64,000 nucleotides of DNA, taken from an uncultured Acidobacteriota bacterium (GTDB lineage: Bacteria > Acidobacteriota > Vicinamibacteria > Vicinamibacterales > CAVVIG01). The notes beneath the pieces are model-generated. The model worked only from the letters and a program-made list of their open reading frames with translations, did no database searches and was not told where the DNA came from. The stretch lies in contig CAVQEJ010000003.1 of the NCBI GenBank assembly GCA_963711505.1, positions 2,439,720 through 2,503,719 on the forward strand. Reading direction: 5' to 3'. Shown here in pieces: positions 42,422-52,031 of the stretch. Both the position numbers and the translations under genes were made by a program. How positions within the stretch are numbered: position 1 is the stretch's first letter; every line of letters starts with the position of its first letter.

Positions 42422-43852
42422 TCAGACCCCCTGCGCCTTGTCGGCCGCCGTCGTGGTCTGCTGGACCGGATTCAGCTCCATGACCGCCGAGCTGTCGCCG
42501 AACTTGTCCTTCTCGATGCCCAGCTTCTGGACCATCGCCAGCATCGCGTTGGCCATCGGCGTGTCGACCGGCACGCGGACGTGGTTGTTGCCCGTCAGCT
42601 GGCCATTCGCGTGCCCCAGCACCATCAGCGGGCACCGCTTGTGGTTGTGCAGGTTCGAGTCGCCCATCGGTGAGCCGTAGATGATGAGCGAGTGCTCCAG
42701 CAGGTTGCCGTCGCCGTCCGGCGTGTTCTTCAGCTTGGACAGGAAGTACGGCAGCATGCTCACGTGGTACGAGTTGATCTTCTGGAACGCGCGCAGCCGC
42801 TCTTCCTTCTCCTGGTGGTGCGACGCGTTGTGGAAGCCGGTCGTGACGCCGCTGGCCGGGTAGACGCGGCCCGATCCGTCACGTCCCATCTTGAACGAGA
42901 AGACGCGCGTCAGGTCCGACTGCAGCGCGAGCGCCTGCAGGTCGAACATCAGGTGCACGTGCTCCTCGAACGAGTCGGGCACGCCGATCGGCGCTTCCGG
43001 CAGGTCGCGCGGCTCGCCGCTCCGGTTGTGCGCCTCGATGTTCTGGATGCGCCGCTCGATCTCGCGGATGTCGTCGAGGTAGTTGCCCAGCTTCGCCCGG
43101 TCGTCCGACCCGAGGTGCTTCCGCAGATCCGCGACCTGCGTCCCGACCCAGTCGAGGATGCTGGCGTTCGCCTTCCGCCGCGCCGACCGATTCTCGGGGG
43201 TCGTCCCTTCGCCGAACAGCTGATCGAAGACCGCGCGCGGGTCGCGGATCATCGGCAGCGGCTCGGTCGGCGACGCCCAGGAGATGCTGTCCGTGTAGAC
43301 GCAGGCGTAGCCATAGGCGCAGCCGCCGGCCTGGTCGACCGGCTCGATGCAGAGCTGCATCGACGGAATCGCCGTGTCCTGCCCGAACTGCTTCGCGTAG
43401 AGCTGGTCCAGCGAGATGCCGGCGTGGATGTCCGACCCCTCCGTCTGCTTCGGGTGCGACTGCGTCAGGTAGGTCGCGCTCGACCGGAAGTGGTCGCCGC
43501 CGACCTCCGGCGCCGACCACGCCTCGGCGGAGTGGTCGCTGGTGCCGCTGATGATCGTGAGGTACTCGCGATAGGGCTCGAGCGACCGCAGGCTCGTCGG
43601 GGCCAGGTCGAAGCCCGTACCGGCCGCTGCCGGCGACCACATGTTCTCGCGAATCCCGATCTCCGTTGCGCCGGCCGACCCGTGCACCATTTCGATCGCG
43701 ATCAGGCGCGTCTTCGCCGCCGACTTGGCGGCGGTCGTCTTCGCCCAGGCCGTCCCGGCCGGCACCATCGCATCCAGCATCGGCAGCGCCAGCGTCACGC
43801 CCATGCCCTTCAGAACCGTGCGGCGCGAGATGTGCTTCTTCGTGATGAACAT
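42422..43852 (-). CDS. DUF1552 (HxxSHH) family protein with twin-arginine signal, cassette 1
   Basis: Intact 476-aa ORF. It starts MFITKKHISRRTVLKGMGVTLALP and carries the FHNASHHQEKEER motif. A GAGGAGGGAG SD lies upstream. Confidence 0.9.
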   Translation of the reverse strand: MFITKKHISRRTVLKGMGVTLALPMLDAMVPAGTAWAKTTAAKSAAKTRLIAIEMVHGSAGATEIGIRENMWSPAAAGTGFDLAPTSLRSLEPYREYLTIISGTSDHSAEAWSAPEVGGDHFRSSATYLTQSHPKQTEGSDIHAGISLDQLYAKQFGQDTAIPSMQLCIEPVDQAGGCAYGYACVYTDSISWASPTEPLPMIRDPRAVFDQLFGEGTTPENRSARRKANASILDWVGTQVADLRKHLGSDDRAKLGNYLDDIREIERRIQNIEAHNRSGEPRDLPEAPIGVPDSFEEHVHLMFDLQALALQSDLTRVFSFKMGRDGSGRVYPASGVTTGFHNASHHQEKEERLRAFQKINSYHVSMLPYFLSKLKNTPDGDGNLLEHSLIIYGSPMGDSNLHNHKRCPLMVLGHANGQLTGNNHVRVPVDTPMANAMLAMVQKLGIEKDKFGDSSAVMELNPVQQTTTAADKAQGV

Positions 43853-43895
43853 CGCCTGTCTCCCTCCTCGAATGTCCCCGGCGCGGGATACGAGC

Positions 43896-46701
43896 CTACT
43901 GCTGCGCCGCCGTGCTCAATGTCTGTGTCGTCGCCCGGCTCATCCGGAACGCAGGACTGTTGACGATTCCCAGGACGTAGGAGTCGAACCGGTTCCCGTT
44001 CGTCCCCGCCTTCCGGATGATCGTCCGGACCGTCGGCATGTCGTAGGTCCTCGACCCGGCGGCCCAGCGCGTAGGCCATCAGGTTCTCCGTGAACACGCG
44101 CAGGAACGTGTCCTGATGGTGCAGCAGGGCCTGTTCCAGCCCCGTCAGCCCCGTCATCTTCGTCCCGTCGTACAGGTCGCCCGTCGAGTCGACCGGCGCG
44201 CCGCTGTCCTTGATCCGGTACCGGCCCGTCGGGTCGAAGTTCTCGAGCGACAGCCCAATCGGATCGATGACCTTGTGGCAGGAGGCGCAGAACGGGTTCT
44301 TCCGGTGCTCCTCCATCCGTTCGCGCACCGTCAGCACGCGTCCGCCGGCGACCGAGCCCTCGTCGTCCAGGGCCGGCACGTTGGGCGGGGGCGGGGGCGG
44401 CGGCTGACCGAGCAGGACTTCCAGCACCCACTTGCCGCGCTGCACCGGCGAGGTCCGGTCGGCCACCGAGGTCAGCACCAGCACGCTGCCCTGCCCGAGG
44501 ATCCCGCGGCGGTGCGTGCCGTCCAGCGACACCTTCCGGAAGTCGGGGCCGGCGACACCGGCGATGCCGTAGTGCCGCGCCAGCCGCTCGTTCACGAACG
44601 TATAGTCGGCCGTCAGCAGGTCGAGCACGTTCTGGTCGCCCTTGACGATGCTGTCGAACAGCAGCTGCGTCTCGCGCACCATCGCCTCGCCGAGCGTGGC
44701 GTCGTAGTACGGATAGGTGATCGCGTCGGGATGCATCTTGCTGACGTCCTGCAGCCGCAGCCACTGCGACGCGAACCGCGTCGCCAGCGCCTCCGACTTC
44801 GGGTCCTTCAGCATCCGCTTGACCTGCCGGTCGAGCACCGCCGGCTGCTCCAGCGTGCCCGACGAGGCCACCTTCAGCAGCTCCGCGTCGGGCGGCGCCG
44901 CCCACAGGAAGTAGGACAGCCGCGACGCGAGATCGACGCTGTCGATCCTGTAGTTCTGCCCCGCGCGCACCGTGTCGGGCTGCTCCTCGATGCGGAACAG
45001 GAAGTGCGGACTGACCAGCAGCGCCTGCAGCGCCAGCCGGACGCCCGACTCGAAGTCGCCGTCCTTCCGGCCCTGCCCGTAGAAGTTCATCAGCGCGTCG
45101 ACCTCCGCGGCCGTCACCGGACGGCGGTAGGCCTGGGTCGCCAGCCGCGTCACGATCGAGCGGGCGCACGGCGTCTCCTCGCCCGGCGTCGTCGGCCGGC
45201 ACGTGAAGATCCGCCGGCGGCTCACCGTATCGGAGACGCCGGTCGCCCGGTACGGCCCGGAGACCGTCATGTCGCGCAGGTGCGGCAGCGTCGTGACGCC
45301 GGCCGCGTCGCCGATCTGCGTGTCGGCCAGCGTGTGCTCGTGCGGCTCGAGCATGTCGTCGATCGGGCCGTCGAACCGCTTCAGGAACGCCGCCGAGACC
45401 CGCCGCGGACCGGCCTGCACCTCGATCGGCTCCGTCGTCAGCGTCAGGCCGTTCGGATCCGATTCGTCCATCGACGGCTCGATGTCGAGCAGCGCGACGC
45501 GCCGGCCGTCGATCGACACCTCAATCTGCTCGCCGAGCACCGTCTTGCCGAACAGCTGTCCGGTCGGCGTCCCGTGGAACAGCATCTTGAAGCGGTAGGT
45601 CCCGTCGGCCGGGAACACGTGGACGACCGACAGCCCGCCGCGCGTGCCGAACGGCGCGCCGTCGACGTGCGCCATCTGCGACGCGGTCCGGTCGACCGAG
45701 TAGGTCTCCGAGGTCGCGCCGGCGTCGGGGTCGCCCACGGCCAGGCGGCTGATCGCGTCGGCCGCGCCCAGGTAGCCCTGCAGCAGCGTCGGCGAGAAGT
45801 TCTGCACTTCCGCGATGTTGTCGAAGTTGTGGCTCATCGTGTCGGGCGGGAGCCACTGGCTGACGTCGACGTCGAGCCCGAGCATCACGTCGATCGACTC
45901 GGCGTACTCGGCGCGGTTCAGCCGCTGGAAGGTCCGCCGGCCCGGATCGGGACGCAGCGCGGCCTCCCGGTCGATCCGCCGCTCGAGCGAGACAACGAAC
46001 GCCTGGGCGCTCGCCGCGTCGGGCCGCTTGGCCGCGCCCATCTTCGGCATCATGCCGGCGCGCACCTTCGCAATCATCTGCTCGACCAGTTCGGCGTGCG
46101 CTGCGGCCTTCGCCGCGTCGAACGACGTCATCGAGACGCCGCCCGCCTTCTGCTTGTCGTTGTGGCACTGCGCGCAGATCTCGTGGACGAGCGCGTTCTG
46201 CGTGGCGACCGTCATCGTGTCGCCGGTGTGGGGGAACGTCACGACTTGCTGCACGACCGGCGCCGCCGCCGCCACTGCCGCCGCATTCCCGGAGCCCGGA
46301 ATCGCGCGCGACTGCAGCACGTCGACGAATGCGCTGACGGTCGCCTCGTCGGGCTTCGGCATGCCGGCCGGCGGCATCTGGCCGGCCTTCAGCTTGCGGA
46401 CCATCATGCCGGCGATGTTCGGCGCGATCGATTCCGTCCCCGTGAAGTGCTCCAGGCTGACGCCGCCTGGCATCTGCGCATCGTCGTGGCACCCGATGCA
46501 GTACTCCTGCACCACCTTGACCTGCGCGGCGACCGGCATCGCCCCCGATTCGTGCGACACGGCCGGCGTCGGTCTGGCTGACGACGGCGCGGCGGCCGGC
46601 GCCTGAGCGGCCTGGCCGTGTCTGCCCTCGGCGGACAGACTGAAGCTCAGCGCCGCCACGAGCGCAGCGGTACCGAGAATCCTGAACGTCGAATTCTTCA
46701 T
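43896..46701 (-). CDS. tri-haem DUF1587/DUF1592/DUF1595/DUF1588/DUF1585-family cytochrome, cassette 1; one +1 frame change near 44046
   Basis: ORF 43810..46743, with likely start ATG 46701 (MKNSTFRILGTAALVAALSFSLSA); ATG 46743 is the alternative. Motifs are CIGCH, CAQCH, FCASCHKVIDP, FQRLNRAEY, SPHFLFRIE, SRLSYFLW and QWLRLQD. After AYALGRRVED the true C-terminus YDMPTVRTIIRKAGTNGNRFDSYVLGIVNSPAFRMSRATTQTLSTAAQQ* is in the +1-shifted frame. Confidence 0.85.
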
Positions 46702-47128
46702 TCCCTCGTCCCCCGTCTCCGGTCCAGACAAAAATGTACTCATCAGTATACGGATGAACCGCAGATAAACTCGGCCATTTCTTGCAAGGGATTGTCTCCA
46801 TTTGTCTGCGACGGATGACCTGGCAGGACGTACAGGCCGCCTGGAAGCCCGGAGGCAGGCGTGAATTCCACCAAATGGACCTATTTATGGTCGATCGGGA
46901 GGGAAGAGCGGGTGACCGGCGATCTCGCGGGTGGCGCCGGACGGGGGCCCGGCCCGCGCCGCAGGCGCCTCACCCGTCGGGGTGGAACCGGCGCCGACCG
47001 GGGACGGGCCACGGGCGGGCTGTCCGGTGACAGGACCCGCCGGATGACCGAACGCGCCAGGTGGCGGCGCCGTCATCCGCCGTCAATCGTCAATCGTCGA
47101 GATCAGTCGAATCGGGGCGACGGCCGGT

Positions 47129-48940
47129 CTAGCCGCCGCACGACAGGCACTTGTGGAGCAGCTTGCCGCCGAGCCGCTCCACCAGCGCAATCGTCTTCGG
47201 ATACGGATTGACGCGCTGCACCGGGCCGTTGGCCATGTCGGCGACCGACTGGCCGTTGCGGTTGATCGCGGCGATGTCGGCCCCCTTCGACACGAGGAAC
47301 AGGATCATCGCGTTGTCGCCGCGGGCGGCGGCGTTGTGCAGCGCGGTATTGCCGTCGGCATCGCGGGCGTTCACGTTGACGTGCAGGTCGTCGACGAGGT
47401 ACTTCACGGCCCTCAGCGCCCCGGTCGGTGCGAAGCGGTGCTGATTCGACGTCAGGCTCCACCCGTATCCCTCACCGGCCGCCGCCAGCAGCGGCGAGAT
47501 GTCGGGGCCGCCCACCGCCACCGGCGCGAGGCCGGAGTGATCCTTCTTGGAGATGCTGTGATAGAAGCTGGCCGACGATTCCGGCTTCTTCGTCCAGACG
47601 TGCGGATTGGCGCCATGGGCCACGAGCATCTTCATCGCCGGCACGTCGGCGGCATAGGCGGCACGCCAGAACGGCGTCGCGCCCGTCTCGTCCAGCCCCG
47701 ACAGGTCGAAGTTGTAGCCCGAGTACCAGACCTTCTCCTTCAGCCGGGCGTTCGGGTTCGCCCCGTGGTCGAGCAGATCCTGGAGCAGCGTCAGGTAGCT
47801 CGTCTTCTGCTGCTTGTAGGCGGTCGGCTGCGGATAGTCCACCTTCGACGACCACTGGCAGTTGAGCACGGCGTAGAGCGGCGTGACGCCGTTGTTGGAC
47901 TCGGCGAGATTCGGATCGGCCCCGTGGGCGAGCAGTTGCTCCGCGAGATCGTAGTGCCCGTTGATGATGGCGACGAGCAGCGGGCTGGAGTGATCGCCCG
48001 GATCGACCTCGTTGACGTCCGCGCCGTGCGCCAGCAGCGCCTGCGCCGCGTCGCCGTAACCCTGGCGGGCGGCGAACAGCAGGGCGCTCAGCCCGCCCTG
48101 CGTGCCGACGAGCTTCCAGTACGGCGTCCGCCGCGGCCGGCGGTTCGCCGGCTTCCGGCCGGCACCGGTATTGGCGGCCGTGCCCGGCCCCTCGCCCGTC
48201 TTTCCGGCGGGCGCCTTCGCCGGTGCCGTCTTCGCGCCGGCCGGCTTCGCCCCTGCCGTCTTCCCGTCGGCGCCCTTGGCCTTCGTCGCGCCGAATCCGC
48301 CGAAGTGCGGCAGGCGCGGATCGCTCGCCGGCAGCTTCGCCCAGTCGAGCACCTTGCTGGTCGGCTTCCAGTCGGCGCCGTGCGCGAGCAGCACCTGCAT
48401 GGCGTCGGTCCGGTCGTAGGCCGCGGCCAGCATCAGCGCCGTCTCGCCCCGAACGTGCTCCCGGGCGTTGACGTCGGCACCCGCCTCGACGAGCGCGGTC
48501 ACGGCCGGCACGCTGCCCGAGGCGGCGGCCAGCATGAGGGGCGTCGTGCCGTACGCATCGACCTGTCCCGGATCGGCACCGGCCTTCAGCAGCGCCGCGA
48601 CCAGGTCGGCGTGGCCGTCCTTGGCCGCGATGTCCAGGGCCGTGTAGCCGCCGATCCGGGTCGTCGCCCCGGTGTTGGCTCCGGCGTAGATCAGCATCTG
48701 CGCCATCGGCACGTCGCCCTCGAGCGCCGCCCAGTGCAGCGCCGTCATGCCGTCATTCTGCGCGGCGTTGACGTCGGTGCCCTGTTCCAGCAGGCTCTTC
48801 ACGGCGGCCCGATCGCCACGCATCGCCGCGTCGGCCACCGGAGAATCGCCCGGCGCTGCCGCCAGCATCGCCGTGGCGGACACCGCTACGGCCGCCACGA
48901 CCAGACTCGCGCCCAGTCCGCTCATCACTCGACGAAGCAT
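47129..48940 (-). CDS. secreted ankyrin-repeat protein, cassette 2
   Basis: In-frame ATG 48940 of ORF 47129..49009. The signal peptide is MLRRVMSGLGASLVVAAVAVSATAMLAAA, ANK repeats run throughout, and the C-terminus is KLLHKCLSCGG*. Confidence 0.85.
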   Translation of the reverse strand: MLRRVMSGLGASLVVAAVAVSATAMLAAAPGDSPVADAAMRGDRAAVKSLLEQGTDVNAAQNDGMTALHWAALEGDVPMAQMLIYAGANTGATTRIGGYTALDIAAKDGHADLVAALLKAGADPGQVDAYGTTPLMLAAASGSVPAVTALVEAGADVNAREHVRGETALMLAAAYDRTDAMQVLLAHGADWKPTSKVLDWAKLPASDPRLPHFGGFGATKAKGADGKTAGAKPAGAKTAPAKAPAGKTGEGPGTAANTGAGRKPANRRPRRTPYWKLVGTQGGLSALLFAARQGYGDAAQALLAHGADVNEVDPGDHSSPLLVAIINGHYDLAEQLLAHGADPNLAESNNGVTPLYAVLNCQWSSKVDYPQPTAYKQQKTSYLTLLQDLLDHGANPNARLKEKVWYSGYNFDLSGLDETGATPFWRAAYAADVPAMKMLVAHGANPHVWTKKPESSASFYHSISKKDHSGLAPVAVGGPDISPLLAAAGEGYGWSLTSNQHRFAPTGALRAVKYLVDDLHVNVNARDADGNTALHNAAARGDNAMILFLVSKGADIAAINRNGQSVADMANGPVQRVNPYPKTIALVERLGGKLLHKCLSCGG

Positions 48941-49265
48941 CCCGCGTTCCTCCCGTCGGGCCCGGCCACTGCGGCCGGGCAGTCCGCGCTCAGCGACTCT
49001 TCCCGGCATCCCTGGTCCCGTCGGCCTGGCTGCTGTCGGCGCTCAGCGCGCCCGCCCGGCTCATCCGGAACGCCGGACTGTTCACGATCCCCAGGACGAA
49101 CGAGGAGAACCGGTTCCCCTGGCGCGCCGCCCGGTGCACGACGGTGCGCACGGTCGGCATGTCGTAGTAGTGGATCCGCCGGCCGAGCGCGTAGGCCATC
49201 AGATTCTCGGTGAACACGTTCAGGAACGTCTCCTGATGCCCGACCATCGCGTGCTCCAGCCCGGG

Positions 49266-49690
49266 CAGGCCCACCATCTTCGTGCCGTCATAGAGCGTCG
49301 TCGAGGCATCCACCGGCACGCCGTTGTCCTTGATCCGCCAGTGCCCGGTCGGATCGAAGTTCTCGAGCGACAGCCCGATCGGATCGATCACCGAGTGGCA
49401 GGAGGCACAGAACGGATTGGCGCGGTGCTCCTCCATCTGCTGGCGCACCGACAGCGGCTTGCCGTTCTGCACCGACGGCGCCGTGTCGTCCAGGTTCGTG
49501 TTGACGCCGGGCGGCGGCGGGGGCGGCGGTTGTCCGAGCAGCACCTCCAGCACCCACTTGCCGCGCAGCACCGGGTCGCTCCGGTTGGCCACCGAGGTCT
49601 CGACCAGGATGCTCCCCTCACCGAGGATCCCGCGGCGATGCGTCCCCTCGAGCGAGACCTTCCGGAACTGCGGCCCCGCCACGTCGGGGA
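49266..49690. repeat. near-identical block B shared with 55692..56116
   Basis: Off-frame ORF pairs 49288..49557/55714..55983 (1 difference in 89 aa) and 49324..49698/55750..56124 (3 differences in 124 aa) imply about 99% nucleotide identity. Boundaries are approximate. Confidence 0.7.
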
Positions 49691-50857
49691 TGCCGTAGAA
49701 GGCGGCGAGCTGCTGATTGACGTAGGTGTAGTCGGCCGTCAGCAGGTCCATCACGTCGCGGTCGCCCTTGACGATGCTGTCGAAGAAGAGCTCGGTCTCC
49801 TTCTTCATCGAGGCGCCGAGCGTGGTGTCGTACTGCGGGTACATCAGATCGTCCGGCGCCACCTTGTCGACGTCCTGCAGCCGCAGCCACTGGGCCGCGA
49901 ACCGGGTCGACAAGCGCCGTCGATCGCGGAGTCCTTCAGCATCCGCTTGCACCTGCGCGTCCAGCACCTGCGGCTCGTGCAGCCGCCCCTGCTGCGCCAG
50001 CTTCACCAGCTCGCCGCATCGGGCGGCGTGGCCCAGAGGAAGTACGACAGCCGCGAGGCGAGCGCCAGGTCGCCGATCCGGTAGTCCTGTCCCGGCCGCA
50101 CCGCCACCGGCTCGCGCTCGAGCCGGAAGAGGAAGTGCGGGCTGGCCAGCACCGCCTGCAGCGCCATCCGGACGCCGTTCTCGAAGTCCCCCTGCTTGCG
50201 GCCGAGCCGGTAGAAGCGCATCAGCGCCTGCAGCTCGCCGGGCGTCACGGGCCGCCGGTAGGCCTCGGTCGCCAGATTCGTCACGATCTTCGTGGCGCAC
50301 GGCGTCTCGCCGGCAGCCGTCACGGGCCGACAGACGAAGATCTTCCGGCGGCTCACGGTGTTCGACACGCCGGTCACGTGGAACGGGCCGACGACGGTCA
50401 TCGTCCGCAGATGCGGCAGCGTCGTGATGCCCTGGGCGCTGCCGATGTCGAGATCGGCGAGCGTGTGGCTCTCGGGTTCGAGCAGGTCGTCGATGGCGGC
50501 ATCCGACCGCTTCGGAAAGGCGGCCGACACGCGGTGGGGACCGGCCGCCACCTCGATCGGCGGCGTCTGCAGCATGAGGCCATGGGGATCCGACTCGCTC
50601 ATCTGCGGATTGATCGGCAGCAGCGCCGCCCGGCGGCCGTCGATCGACAGCTCGATCTTCTCGTCCTTCACGGTCGAACCGTAGAGCTCGCCGGTGGAGA
50701 CGCCGAACAGCAGCAGCTTGAAGCGGTAGGAGCCGTCGGCCGGGAAGATGTGCACGACCGACAGGCCGCCGCGCGTGCCGTACGGCGCCCCGGCGACGTA
50801 GTGCATCTGCGACGCCAGAGAATTGGCGGCATAGGTGGTCGATGCCGCCGCCGCGCG

Positions 50858-51799
50858 GGGGTCACCGACGGCGAGGCGGGAGATCTGGTCGGCCGCGTCC
50901 AGGTAGCTCTGGAGCAGCGTCGGCGAGAACGTCTGCACGTTCGCGATGTTGTCGAAGTTGTGGCTCATCGTGTCCGGCGGCAGCCACTGGCTCACGTCCA
51001 CGTCCAGCCCCAGCATCGACTCCACCGACGAGGTGTACTCCGCCCGGTTCAGCCGCTGGAACGTCCGGAACCCGGGGTCGGGATGCGCCGCGGCCGCCTT
51101 GTCGATCCGGTTCTCCAGCGACACCGCCAGCGCGTGGAGCGTCGGCCGGTCCGGCCGCTTCGGCGCGCTCGCCTTCGGCATCATCCCGGCCAGCAGCTTC
51201 GCGATCATGTCCTCGACCAGCTTCGGGTGCTGGGGCGCCGTCGCCAGGTCGAAGTGTTCGAACGACACCCCTCCCGGCTTCCGCTTGTCGGTATGGCACT
51301 GCGTGCAGATCGTGTGCACCAGCTTGTTCTGCGTCGCCACCGACATGTAGTCGCCCTGGTGCGCGAACGCGACGATCGTCGGCTTGAACGCCTCCGGACG
51401 ACGCGGCCTGGCCCGTCGCATGGCTCGGCATCGGCAGCCCGACCGCCTCGGTCGACAGCGTCTCCAGGAACGCCGACAGCGTCGCCGCATCCGGCCGCGG
51501 CATGCCGGCCGGCGGCATCGCCCCCGCCTTCAGCTTGCCGATCATCATCGTGATGATGTGCATGTCCGGCTTGGCGCCGTCGAACTTCTCGAGCGACAGC
51601 CCGCCGGTCACCTGCGCATCGTCGTGGCAGGGCACGCAGGTACCTGCTGCACCAGCTTGTTCTGCTGCGCCACCGGCATCGCGCGCCGGGGCGGCCGCGC
51701 GCTCTGCAACCCCGCGGCGCTCGCGTCCACCGTCAAGCCGACACTCAGCCCCAGGCCGAGCAGCAACGCGCTCAGAAATCCGAACGTACGCTTCCGCAT
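50858..51799. repeat. near-identical block A shared with 57279..58242
   Basis: ORF pair 50946..51350/57367..57771 differs at 3 of 134 residues. The encoded N-terminal ~300 aa of DUF1592 copies 2 and 3 are almost identical. Boundaries are approximate. Confidence 0.7.
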
Positions 51800-51960
51800 C
51801 CGGTGGTCTCCGCGCTCAGCCGGCCCATCGAAGCGCCGTACCTCTCGCCGGTGAGCGGTCAGATGTCGAGATCAAATACGAAGAAGAGGCCCGGCGGACA
51901 ATCCGCCGCGCCTCGGTCCGGCGCCGGGAATTCCTCGAGAACGAATGCCGGATGAGTGCG

Positions 51961-52022
51961 CGGACCGCCGGGGCACTCCGGGGCGGTCCGGCGGCGGGAG
52001 GCCGGCGACGCGGCCTCCCGCC
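51961..52022 (-). terminator. two tandem GC-rich hairpins just downstream of the cassette-3 ankyrin gene
   Basis: The first is CGGACCGCC...GGCGGTCCG (9-bp stem, 51961-51990). The second is GGCGGGAGGCCG-gcgacg-CGGCCTCCCGCC (perfect 12-bp stem, 51993-52022). The stop codon is at 52032-52034 and there is no U-tract. Confidence 0.45.
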
Positions 52023-52031
52023 TTCAGTTGT

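Larger units (their letters stand above)
48990..51799 (-). pseudogene. DUF1592-family tri-haem cytochrome, cassette 2, multiply frame-disrupted
   Basis: The gene is split over ORFs 51608..51799 (signal peptide MRKRTFGFLSALLLGLG), 50862..51635, 50003..51490 and 48990..50300. That implies about eight extra bases. Two lie at ~51640-51645. An 11-nt length difference from copy 3 lies at ~51395. Two lie at ~50010. Three lie within ~50 nt at ~49900-49950. Confidence 0.8.

Noticed and set aside
46744-47128. Small ORFs (46782..47030, 46861..47211, 46885..47076) between cassette 1 and cassette 2.
   Set aside because: Their translations are Arg/Gly/Pro-rich and the ORFs mutually overlap in an intergenic or promoter region. 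There are no motifs and no SD-start context.
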